A stretch of 64,000 nucleotides of DNA. It comes from Podarcis tiliguerta (lineage: Eukaryota). Positions 1 through 15,570 of this stretch are shown piece by piece. Within the stretch, counting starts at the first letter, position 1; the number at the start of each line of letters is the position of its first letter. The stretch lies in the NCBI GenBank assembly GCA_965153285.1, contig OZ229117.1. One strand, written 5' to 3'. Below the pieces are notes generated by a model. The model had not been told where the DNA came from. It ran no database searches and saw nothing but the letters and a program-made list of their open reading frames with translations. The position numbers and the translations under genes are program-made.

Positions 1-26
1 CACCAAAAGAGTTCAAGTAGCCATAC

Positions 27-3000
27 CCAAAGTCTGTGCAATTTGTGCTGGGGGGAAGAGGAGCTGCAGACAACGGTTGAGGTAGGGCACCAAGTCTTCC
101 AGAAATGCCATGCAGAAGTGAATGAACAGCTCTTGCTCTCGGCTGCTGAAGGCCACAGCCTCTGCCCGGTGGAAAACCAGAATGACCTTTGTCACCTGCA
201 AAGAGAAAAAGAGAAGCTATAATTTCTTGGTTTGGTGTCCAAGTGGAAGGAAGGGACTGCAGTATTACTCAGCATGCTAGCCTCATCAAATGGTCAAAAT
301 AAAAGCCCAGCTAATCGGTCTGGGACACACCCAGAAGCTGAGTGACAAGATGTCACATACTACCTTATAGAACAGGGACTAAGAAACTTTGATCTCTCAA
401 GTGCCACAGTCTCCTGGCAGGCAATCCAGCAGGGGCCATTTGCTGACTATGGGTGGGGTTAGAGCTAGTGGTGAGCAGGTTCAGTAGCCAAAACAGGCGA
501 GGTCAACCACTTTCTCTCTCTCCTCTCTTCCAGCCCACCCAAAGCAAGCACTGATTGCTGTTGTCAGATGCCTGAACTGGCTGCTTGCAAAGGGCTTCTT
601 GAAATAAGCCAGAGGCCCATCCCTGAACAGACAGACAGCAGCAACATCAGAGGGAACAAGCATAAACTCACAAACATGACCTGCCAAGTTGCTGAAAAGG
701 GCTAGGAAACTCCAAGGAGTATAACTAAAGATAAGGCTGCAAGCAGCTAAAACTCTGCTGCTAGCAAATTTCTGTCCTGTCACCTAGACATCTGGAGTAT
801 TTTTAATCCAGCCTCTTGGTGCACATGAGCAACAAAGAGCCCCACCTGGCCAAGTGCATCCTCCAGGGTAGCCGCCACGTCTGGGGCAAGAGCCACAGGG
901 CAGCAGAGGCGCAGGTCGTTGAAGGCTACTAGGATGTTGTTGAGGAAGCAGGCGAGTGGTGGGAAATCTAGCAGCACCATGGGGGGCTGGAGGGTGCCTG
1001 GCTGGGCAGAAGGAGCCACTGCTACAGGGATGGTGCTGCTGCTGCTGCCCAAGGCAGTCGGCACAGAGATTAGCGTGTAGGAGTTCATCTCCTCCTGGAA
1101 TTTGTTCACAGCTTCCTGCATGGCTCTCTTGAAGGTGACCAGTGCCACCCGCTGAAATATGGGGATGAGCAAGCCCCGGAAGTCCGCTCCAACACGGCTG
1201 AACGAGAGGCCAAAGTACATGCACTGGCCCAGCAGGGAGTCCAGGCGGCTGCCCACACCACGCTGCAAGTCACGCTCAAGCACCAGCAGGAACTGGGAGA
1301 CCTTCTGCAGGACCCACCCATGGAAGATGGCACTTTCATTGAGGGTGTCCTGCCCAGGGGGAGGCACCAGCGGCTCCTCGTCAGCAAAAATGGCACGGTA
1401 CTGCGTGACAATGTCAAAGAGGTGCACGCGGCAGGCCTCAATGGTCTTGGTAATATGCACATAGGGGTCGTCACCAGGAACAGCAGCAAGGATAGAACGT
1501 AGCCAGATGTCCCGTGCCTGCAGGAAAGTAATTCGTAGCTCAGCCTCAGTGAAGACATCCATGCAGCGAAGGTAGCCAATGATGCGCAAGCAGGCTGGCA
1601 GCTGAATGTTGGTGCGAAGCTGCTGGATCAGCTGCGTAAGCATGAGCTGTGTGGACTGGCGCACCTCTGCCACTATGCCCTAGGAAGGAGAAGAGAGACA
1701 AAATAAACTGTTACCCATGGTACCCAAACCAAGCTGATCTCAATACTGCACAAACTATTTTATTTTCACTAGAGTCCATGTGATCACTTAAGAAAGGGTC
1801 TACAGGTCACTGGTAGATATACCTGCTTGATATACTAGATATACTCTGGCTGCCAAAGTAGACAATATTGGGCTTAGTGCACAGTCCAACCTGGTATGAG
1901 GTAACTGCATGTTATAATGATGTGTACTTTTGGGAACTTTTAAAGAGATCTAACTTGCTGTTATCCTGAGTTCCTTTGGGAGGAAGAGTGGGATATAAAC
2001 ATGGTAAATAAATAAAGTGTTGTGACCTTAAGAATGCATTCTTCTTTGCAGATAGAAGAAGGGCTTTACTGGATCAGAACAGGGCCTGCCTCATCTCAGC
2101 TTTCTGTACAAGAATCCCTGCAACTAGCAAATTAGACATTCACCAAGAGTCATTAGTCAGTGATGGGGTGTGGTCTATCTTCTATCTATCCCTGCTTTGC
2201 AGATTGCACTTAAGAGATCAGTGGCTTGTATCCTGCTCTTGTTGAAAGTCAAAGAAATAGATCACTACAGCACATGCACAAACCCAGGCTGCAATAAGCA
2301 ACATAAGCACTTAGTCAAGGAAAAAAGCAACAAGAGAAGAAGCCTCAAATCCAGAAATTTTCTGGCTTCTACAAACAGAACAAGACAGCTCATGATGGTC
2401 CAGGATTGTGGGCCTCAGGTACCCTTAGGCAGTCAAACAACCTGGATCAAACTTAGGAAACCAGAACAGAAGCCACCCCACCTCTGACTCTGTGAGCCAA
2501 GGCAGAGAAAACAAATGCAAAGGGTTGGAGATGCCTTTCTTCACTAAGCTTTTGCTCAGGTCCTGAAACTCTAGTAGCAAATGGCTGGGACCTACTATCA
2601 TCGTATGGCTTAAGGCAGCTCTGGCACCTGCCAGGCTCAGAACATGTCTGCACCTGGATGACAGGGATGGTGGCGTGCTTCTTCTCAAGGCGGCGGACGT
2701 AGGACACCAGCTCCAGGGCCTCCTCATAGTAACTGTTCCGGACGCAGGTGTCCATCAGCTGGGGGATCTCCAGCACTTCCAGGATCTCTGTGTGGAGGTT
2801 CAGGGTCAGGCTGTTCATACGGCGGTTCTGGGCGATCTGTTCAGCCTCCTGCATGAAGTTCCTGGAGGCAGGAGCAAAAGAAGAAGAAAGCAGGTTAGGC
2901 CAGGAAAAGCAAAAGGGGAAGCCAGCCAGCCCCCTCTAACCCACCCATTCCAATGGCAGTGAGTTCCATAAGTTAACGGTGGGGCGCCCCAGGATTATTC

Positions 3001-3407
3001 CTGCCCCCAAAAGGAGTGTGGCGGCAGCCTTGGCCTCAAACTCCTCCTGCTCACCGGCAGGCCTCGGCGAAGGGTGGGAGGCGGCCCAAGAGGCGGTCGA
3101 GGCCCTGCTCGATGCCACCGAAGCCGCGACGCGTCTCAGCGGTGCATTCGGCGGAGCGGATGAAGGTCTTGTAGTGGGCGAAGGCCAAGGCCCGCGTCTG
3201 CGCCCCGAGCTGTGCTCGTTCCTCCGCCAACCGGCCGGGTTCCCTCCGCAAGGCCTCCAGGCCCAGGCCCGCCAGCGCCGACAGGTATGTCGCCAGCTCC
3301 GCGTCCCCCGCCGCCAGGGGCGGAGGCAGTGGCGAGGTCGCCCCGCGGAAAAGCCATGCCAGCAGGCTCGCTTCCTCTAGGTCCGCCGAAGGCTCCTGGG
3401 CCGCCAT
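27..3407 (-). CDS. COG8: Conserved oligomeric Golgi complex subunit 8, coding exons 1-4; 3' end lies left of the window
   Basis: Exons 3407-3055, 2861-2654, 1679-846 and 195-27, all GT-AG and frame-consistent. Motifs LAFAHYKTFIRSAECT, EILEVLEIPQLMDTCVRNSYYEEALEL, CRVHLFDIVTQYRAIF and GQCMYFGLSFSRVGADFRG are typical of COG8/Dor1. Confidence 0.97.
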
Positions 3408-3759
3408 CGGGCCTCCCTCGACGTGGACCAGGAAGTGATCGCTATGGCAACCGGGAGGCCGCGCTAGCCAGAGGCAGAGGCTAGTCCTCCGTGGCAGATC
3501 CGGGTGCCGCTCTGCCCGAAACCTCTGTGTTCGTATGACGTAACCAGGAGGTCACGCAACGACGCTCCGACATGAAGATCACTTGCACTCTATTGTGACC
3601 ATAGACATATTTCTGTGCGTCAGCCTAGAAAGGGAAGAGCCTATGAGTGTAGGACATCCGAACGTAGTTTGATGTTGCAACTTCCGTTTCACGTCTTTGA
3701 TCCGAGGCTTCCTTGAATTGGAACCACGCGGGTCTCCGGCGTCTGTCTCGGAAGGTGCG
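3408..3759. promoter_or_regulatory. Bidirectional CpG-island promoter shared by COG8 and NIP7
   Basis: 352 bp between divergent ATGs, CpG-rich. ETS CAGGAAGTG 3429-3437 and ACTTCCG 3680-3686, RFX-like TCGCTATGGCAAC 3439-3451, CRE-like TGACGTAA 3536-3543. Confidence 0.85.
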
Positions 3760-6266
3760 ATGCGGCCCCTCACGGAGGAAGAAACGCGTGCGCTCTTCGA
3801 GAAGCTCTCCAAATAGTAAGCGGGGTGGCTGTGGTGGCATTTGTGTTCTCTGGGTTCATTAGGGTTTATGATTAACCCATGGAACTCACTGACACAAGAT
3901 ACCCGGATCCCCACCCAATGGACAGAGGGAATTAGAGAAATCAGTGAAGGAGGGGAAGTCTGTCTCTTGCTGTTGGCCCAGAAAGTAAAATGGAAGCGTC
4001 ATTGAACCATAGCGGTGGAAGATCCCGCATAGGTCCTCTAGCCCACCCCAATGGATGTAGAGAATCACAACATTATAGGCAGGCAGCAACCCATGCTCTG
4101 TTGCGAGGAAGGGGGCACCCATCTTCCCATACAGACTGTACCAGTGTGGAATAGCTCTTCTTAATCTTCCACGGAATACCACTAGCTGGGAGACAACAGC
4201 AGGAGAACTAGATGGGTCGTGTTTAATGCAGAAAAATAATTACAGGGATTATAGGGAAGTCAGTATAATAGTTTAAAATTGAAGTCTTCATATACAGGGG
4301 AAGGATGTCTTAGAAATGGCTGCTGTTCTCCACCCCTGCTTGCTGGCTCCCTGCAGGCATTTGACTTGCTTTTGCCAGGAGGAGGAGGCTGAACTAATTG
4401 GGCATTTGCTCAAATCTAGCGTAAGAGGGCTGTTCTCATGCTTTCTGGGGACTGGCTGACAGTGTGTCTCTTTGTTCCAACCTTTTTAAGTATTGGTGAG
4501 AACATCCAGCTCCTGGTTGACCGGCCAGATGGTGCCTACTGCTTCCGCCTGCACAAGGACCGTGTCTATTACCTCAGGTGAGGAGGCCCTACATTCACCC
4601 TGGGGCATGTTATTAATTTTAACACCTTCATCCATAACACACATTAAGTAAAAATAAAAGGATGGATCTTTGAACATGTGTAAGGCTCTCTTCCTCTTCC
4701 AGAATGTACCCACGTCTTTGTGGGTGGGGAGAAGAGTAGAGGCATCTATGGGGAAAAGGAAAGGGCCTGTTTTCTTTTGTAAGATGCTGCTTGTTTTCAC
4801 TGCAGAGCTGCAAGGTGCTGGGAAAGAGATCTTGTTTCCCTTGTGTTTTTAGCAGCAGAAGAGCAAAAGATGTAAAAGGAGCAGAACTGAACTAAGGGAA
4901 GCTGTACTCATGGAGTCTTTCATATGCAAATGAAGGACAGAGAGGAGGGACTTGGTCTCATAATTTAACTCTGAGCTCCCGTCTTGTCTGATCCAGTTTT
5001 TGGCACATTTTATCACTTCCAGTGCAAGTGCACCACATTGTATTTGGGGACCAGGAGTGGCTATAACGTCTTTCTTGTTTTAGGGTTGCTTGGATTAAAT
5101 CCCCAAACCTGCCTTTCCATCATCTCAGTATCCCCAATTTGGTTTAGGTACCTTAAAGCTTCTCCTCTCCCCTATGGAAGCATATGATCAAAAAGCCACA
5201 ATATTGGCTGCAGGTACTTGGAGTGATGCTCTTGGTTCAGTGATGCTCTGATGGTGACTTTGGAGCTTCTGAATCTGGAGAGACCGAGTCCTAATGATAA
5301 GTCTTTGCTTTCTGTTTCTCAGTGAGAAGATTCTGAAGCTTGCTACAAACATCCCCCGGGAGAATCTGGTATCTCTCGGCACCTGCTTTGGAAAGTTCAC
5401 CAAGAGCCAGAAGTTCCGACTCCACATCACTGCCCTCGATTACCTTGCTCCGTACGCCAAGGTAAAGATGGCACAGAGGACCATTTATTTGAGGGGCACT
5501 ATCCTACCAAAATAGGTACCGCTCTGGTGGGAAGGTAAATGGCATTTCCATGCTGCTCTGGTTTCGCCAGAAGTGGTTTAGTCATGCTGACCACATGACC
5601 CGGAAGCTGTACGCCGGCTCCCTCGGCCAATGAAGCGAGATGAGTACTGCAACCCCAGAGACGTCTGCAATTGGACCTAACGGTCAGGGGTCCCTTTATC
5701 TTTACCTAGCCTACCAAAAATGTCAAAACACCTGTAGTGCTGTGTGGGGTGGGGACCTGCTAGCTGTTTATTGGGAAGGAGGGTATTTTTTTCCCTTGTG
5801 CTAATCTAAGGAGGACAAGAAAGGGAACCCGTGTAGTGGTACATTTAATGTAACTCAAAGAGGATATCTCTCATTTTTTTTCTCATGCAGTACAAAGTGT
5901 GGGTGAAGCCTGGGGCAGAGCAGTCCTTCCTTTATGGGAACCACATACTGAAGTCTGGCTTGGGGCGCATCACAGAGAGCACTGCCCAGTACCAGGGTGT
6001 GGTGGTATATTCCATGGCTGACGTCCCCCTGGTGAGTGACACCTGGTGGGTGGGTGGGTTGGATGGTTGGACCCGAGTGAATTTGAAGTTAAGACAATGC
6101 CCCTCCAAGGTCTTAATGCCTTCCTTGTTCCAATTGACCTTCTTAGGGCTTTGGAGTGGCAGCCAAGTCCACCCAGGAGTGCCGGAAAGTGGACCCCATG
6201 GCGATCGTGGTTTTTCACCAAGCGGATATTGGAGAATACATACGGCATGAAGAGACGCTGACATAA
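3760..6266 (+). CDS. NIP7: 60S ribosome subunit biogenesis protein NIP7, complete, 180 aa
   Basis: Exons 3760-3815, 4491-4577, 5323-5461, 5891-6031 and 6147-6266 (543 nt). Translation [33 protein letters not shown]...[17 protein letters not shown]. Confidence 0.98.
5513..5709 (+). mobile_element. 5'-truncated Sauria SINE in NIP7 intron 3
   Basis: TAGGTACCGCT...CACATGACCCGGAAGCTGTACGCCGGCTCCCTCGGCC...GGTCAGGGGTCCCTTTATCTTTACCT matches the Sauria SINE 3' half and ACCTTT-type tail as recalled. Flanking direct repeat CCTACCAAAA at 5503-5512 and 5710-5719 (TSD). Confidence 0.9.
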
Positions 6267-7109
6267 ATGGCAGGGCAGAAAGCCCCAGAGACTGACTTTC
6301 CCTCAGATAGAAGCTGCAGGCTTTCAACCAGCCTGTGCCCCTTTTCATGCAGACTGTGGAAAGCGCAACTTCTACCTCCTGATGTGGCTACCTCCTGATG
6401 GCCACAGTGAGACTGTAGATGAGTTACAAAACTTTGGGATGTAGCTGCAGGCCTGGCAGTTCTAGGGACACAGCTACAATTCTGACACAGTAAAGCTATT
6501 TCATTTTTATCCTTTCATTGTCTTGATTCATCTGGTGTTCAGGGAACTGATTACATTAAAGCCTCTTTTATTTTGCCCTGGGCTTTGGGGCTGGGGAACC
6601 AGGGGTGTTTTACAAAGCCATGGAGAACCAAAAGCTAGAAGTTCTCTTTTCCTCTCACCTTCCCTGCTGCAGCTACCTTTGCTTCCAAGCTGTCTGTCTC
6701 TAAAGGAAGAGGAAGGAATCTTGTGTTTGGTGGTGGTGGAGATCATGTGTGTCTGCATGCGCACCCCCATTTACTAACTATGCCCTTAATGTACCTCTTG
6801 ATCAATGTAAAAATCTCACATACCTATGCTGTGGTTGCAGCAGGACTCCTGCATTTTGAGTCATGTTTATTTTAACTTGGGGCAGTTTCATTTCAAGTCA
6901 ACCAACCCCCTGTGGCTCCTCTGGAAGAATACTTGGATTTTTCAGCCAACACCCCTCCCCCACCAAAAAAAGAAGCCGCACCAGCAGGTGGACATGCCCT
7001 TGCTCTCCTTTGCTGCTTGCAGGTATTTAGTCAGTTGGGTGTTAAGAGGATGGCAAGGAGAGAGCAGTTTGGCTTTTCAGCCTGGCATAAATAGCCTTCT
7101 GAAGCAGCC

Positions 7110-11072
<3,963 letters not shown>

Positions 11073-12299
11073 CTACCTGCTGCTTGCCAGACTTCTTGGA
11101 CTGCAATTCCCATCAGCCCTAGTCTCAGATGGTTGTGCTGATGTAACCTGTAGTCCAAGAGATCTGGAGGCGAGGGGAGGCAGTGGTAAAGTGTTCCTTC
11201 AAGCACAAGCCTCTTGCAGCAGTTGAGCAGCAGAGCACTAGGCCCTGTACAGGTGAAGCAGCCGAGGGGCAGACAGAACATTGATTCCTCCTAAGATCTC
11301 CAGGTGGCATACCTGGTTCCTCCAGCACCACGTTTTTAATAACCACCACCCTGAGAGGTTGAAAGGGTGCCTGGACCAGGCTGATCCAGGGAGTTTTCCT
11401 GCTCAGTGCTTTGAACCTGGCTGGAATCAGTTCCTCATAGCCTGACATTCTGGCTAATTCAACCACCACACTGGTACTCTTTGCTGCAGGTTTCCTGTTG
11501 GGGCATTTGGTTGGCCGCTTTGAAAACCAGGTGCTGGACTAGATGGGCCCCTATTTGACCAGATTATTCAGCTGCTTCAGGGCTCTTCTGATGCTTTTAT
11601 GCTAAAAGGCAACAGGGAATGGTTAGATCTATTCTGTCTTAGACGAAGGCAGGTTACCCAACAGCAAAAAGCACAGAGCAAACAAATCTGCTATGCTAGA
11701 GGGTAAGCAGGTCACACTTTCATTACTGCAACTCACACATACTGCATTTTAAGTCCCAAGACTGCAGTTTGATTTAAATAGTATCTCTTTCCTACTAAAG
11801 CCCTTTGTTGGGAAAAACTGCCCTAACTAGTTTGCCCTTTTCTTTGCCCAGAGTGTGGCTGCATTCCATTCCACCCACTTCAGCGCAAATCCTTCTTGTC
11901 TCCTTGTTACTCAAAAGTTCTCCCAAAGCACAAACTCTGCTTTGTTGTAGCAGCTGGTGCTTGAAGGACAAACTGTGTATCACAGGGGGAAGTTTTCCCA
12001 GCAGCTGAGATAAGAGAGGGGGCACCTCTGGGATAAAATCTGCTCATGGAAAAAAAAGATAGCGACTTTCAAGATCTGTGTAGTTTTGGTGGTGAGGCAG
12101 AGGGAAAGCACAGCCACAACCCATTTTGCATGTGGTGTCTGGCCCCATCCATGCTACACAATCAACCGCTTCTTGGACTCACAGAAGCCAGCATGTCCTC
12201 CAACACATTTGAAGTTCAAGCAGTACCACCAGCTAAAAAAAGGAACAGGAAAAAAAGTGGTGGCGGGAACGGTCTGCCCCAATGGGAGAACAACTAGCA

Positions 12300-15210
12300 A
12301 CACCTTTGTCCTGCCTCAGAACACATGGAATGCTAGTGCCAAACTAAATAGCATGGTGGAGATTCCTTTTACGTAACTATCATGGGAAGCAGCGCCTGTT
12401 AAAGGAACATGAAATACAGAAGTTGGGGGGAAAACGCACTTTGAAACAGGTTCTAATGAAATCCTTAGAAAATTGGAACACAAAAGATCAGAATTAGAAG
12501 TGTTATATATGGAGAGAATAGGCAAATCCATGCTCGTTGTGAGTCAAAAGTTATATGAAGATGGTAATAAACATTCCAAATGCTAGCCAGGGCTCTCAAA
12601 AGTAAGCAATGTATTTAAATAATTACTTTAAATATGGAACTCACTCATGACTAAAATCAGATTAGCAATATGTTTATAGAGTTTTATAAAGAGCTATATA
12701 ACCCTTTACCTGAAAAAAATTAAGTGAGAAGATGTGTTATCAAACCTTTCATATAGAAAGCACAACAAAAGATAACACTCTGCAGAAGAAATTGATCAAG
12801 CTATTAAAAAAACTGAAATACTATATATGAGCCCTTGACCCGATGGGCTTGGCAACACATTTTTTTAAAAATACAGAGACCTACTTACACTTTATATTTG
12901 TCAACTTTATCCATCTGGCAAGAGCAATCAGGTGCTGATACATAGGCATTGATCCAGAATAACTGTTCTTCTAAAGCCAGGCAGAGATAAAGCACAGGTG
13001 TGCTCATACAGGCGAATTACCTTATTGAATCAGGACCAGATTATCTTCTTCTCAATTTTAGTTGCACATTTAAATCTAATAATTAGGAATTTAATCCATA
13101 CAGACGAAACATACCTCTTGGGCATATCTTGGATCCCATAAGACTGTTCTTTTTGGATTTATGTTCCTTAGAAATTTACAAAGCCTTTGGTGGTCTGGAA
13201 TGGTGTTATCTCTTAACATTTTGCAGACATGCCTACTAGGCAATCACCTTATTACAGCAATAGCTAAACTCTATTCAAATAATTCAGCTACTCTAAGAAT
13301 TAATAACATGGACTCCTCAGCAATTGCAATCTGGAGGGGGACAAAAAAGGTTGTCCCTTGTGGCTACTGCTCCTCGTCTTCTCCTTTGAACCATTCGCTA
13401 ATATCTTACGTCTTAATCCAAATGTAAAAGGATATTCAAGAGAGGGCAAAGAGCATCTATTGACAATGTATGCAGATGATATTGTTGTGATGATGAAAGG
13501 CCCTAAGGGGTCAGCCTGTGCATTAAAGGAAGAATGAAAATCTTTTTCTAAAGTGTCAGACTTAAAAGTAAACATTGGAAAATCAATGATGTTTTTCAGT
13601 CTTCCACCACTGACTCAAATACACACACGTCATATTCTTAATACACCTATGTGCTGCTCTGCATCTGAGACTTGGGTGTGCCAATTCTAAAAAACATGAA
13701 CCATGAATCTAAACTGAATTATCCCATTATTTTAAAAATGAACATGGACTTTAAAAAATGGAACAAATCTAACCTTTCCATTTTAGGCTCTATTGCAGCA
13801 GTACATATGTTAATTCCCCGTTTTCTGTCTCTTTTTCAGGTCCTCCTTACTTTTCTCCAACGTCCAAATGGCAAACTAAAATTGTTTCATATTTCAAGAT
13901 AAGTCTTCAAGGTTGCCCATGAAATCCTATTTTCTTTTCTTTTTTAAATCAAAGTTGTTGGGGTTTACCAAACCTCTCGGTATACCATGATGCGTTCCAA
14001 TTGAGACAGCAGGCTTTCATGATTATGAAGGATGGTAAGAAATGGATCAATTTGGAAGAAAAACAAATAGCCCTAGGTCTGCTATTTGCTTCATCTTTCA
14101 AAAACCTTAAAATTATCACCCAAATGAATAACCCATATTTACAAACTAAATTGATGATATGGAAAAAATGGAAGTTGACTCTCCCCAGGTTGTTCACCAC
14201 TCACTTCTCTGCAGACATATGCCAGTCTGAAAGATGATACTTTAAAAGCTAAAATAAAGAAAAGGGTAAAATTGGGTTATTTCAGACTGATTTTTTTTTT
14301 TACAGGAGTAAGACCAGTAACTTTAAATGTACTAAAAATGGGAATTAACTTTAAACAAGACTTCAAATTCTACAAATCAAACATTTACTAAAGGATCTGA
14401 TGGTTAAATTACATGCAACTTCTTTTGAATGATCCAAGGTGCCACTAGGTAATGGAGATAAGGAAATAGTATCAAAATTTTATGGTTACTTAATACAGAA
14501 TTTGGGGACTTGTCTAGCCTAAAATCAAAATGGGAACATGATGTAAAAGTAACAATGGAATACTCAATTTGGAAAGGCATATGGATGAAGAAACCCTTTA
14601 AAGTCAGTGTATGCAAATATTAAAGAACTTTCACTCAAAATCTTCCACAGATGGTATAGGACTCCATCCCAACATCACATCAACTATAAGCCCCTTATGT
14701 TGGCGTGGATGTGACACTAAGGGGACAAATATACATTTATGGTGGACTTGTTCTTGAATACAAGTTGTTTGGTCCCTGGTTCACATAGAACTAACAGCAC
14801 TAATAAAGAAAACAACTGAATTCACTCCATAGCTTTTTATTTTAACAATGTTCCAAGGTACAAATAAAAATGTACTATCTAAAGAACTCATCACTTTAGC
14901 AACTGTAACAAGGCGGTCTATTGTCCAACACTGGAAATATTTTGTGGTATAAAAACATGTACAACACTGCAATTTCAGCAGAAATTACATTTAGTTTTCA
15001 ATTAATTCAAGTTGAGGCATAACCTATGGATTTTGGTGCAGTGTGGTGGGATTTTATATAGTATGTTATTAATACTAATTGAAGTAACTTGATTCCACAA
15101 GTAAATAAGAATGTTTGCCTATCGTGAGACTATAAGATGATGTCATCCTGTTTGTGGATAGAATATATCTTATTCTACTGTCTTTTTACTTTAACCTTAT
15201 TTATAGCATT
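12300..15210 (+). mobile_element. Decayed 5'-truncated LINE-1 (ORF2 RT and C-terminal zinc knuckle)
   Basis: AT-rich. Frameshifted ORF2 remnants: QKLYEDGNKHSK, MYADDIVV (YADD 13469-13480), FSKVSDLKVNIGKS and CWRGCDTKGTNIHLWWTC (about 14695-14751). Many stops. Boundaries approximate. Confidence 0.9.
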
Positions 15211-15241
15211 TGTACTCCAGATGATTATGGCATAATACCAG

Positions 15242-15247
15242 TTTATT
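15242..15247 (-). terminator. Probable TERF2 polyadenylation signal
   Basis: AATAAA on the minus strand about 325 nt after the stop codon, at the end of an AU-rich UTR-like stretch. Confidence 0.55.
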
Positions 15248-15570
15248 AATATCACAGCAGACCTACAGTGAAAAATAACATTTATAAGAAAATAAAAAAA
15301 TGAAATGACGTATTTTTTATACTGTAAAATGTGCACTTTCCATAGCAATTGTTTACACAAAGTTGAATCTGTATTTTCAGTACTGAAAAATAAAAGGGGA
15401 AAAAATGGAGGGAGGGGGAGAGCCTATGTCAGAAAGCAGAGGGAGAAGCCTCCAGTGATGCTAAGAGATTGTGGCTATCAGCCTGCTGGCCCAATGCAAT
15501 AAACTGCAAAAGTACCTCTGGCCCACCCTGTGTCCACATAGCATTGGATCTCAGGCACTTGCCCCCAGGT

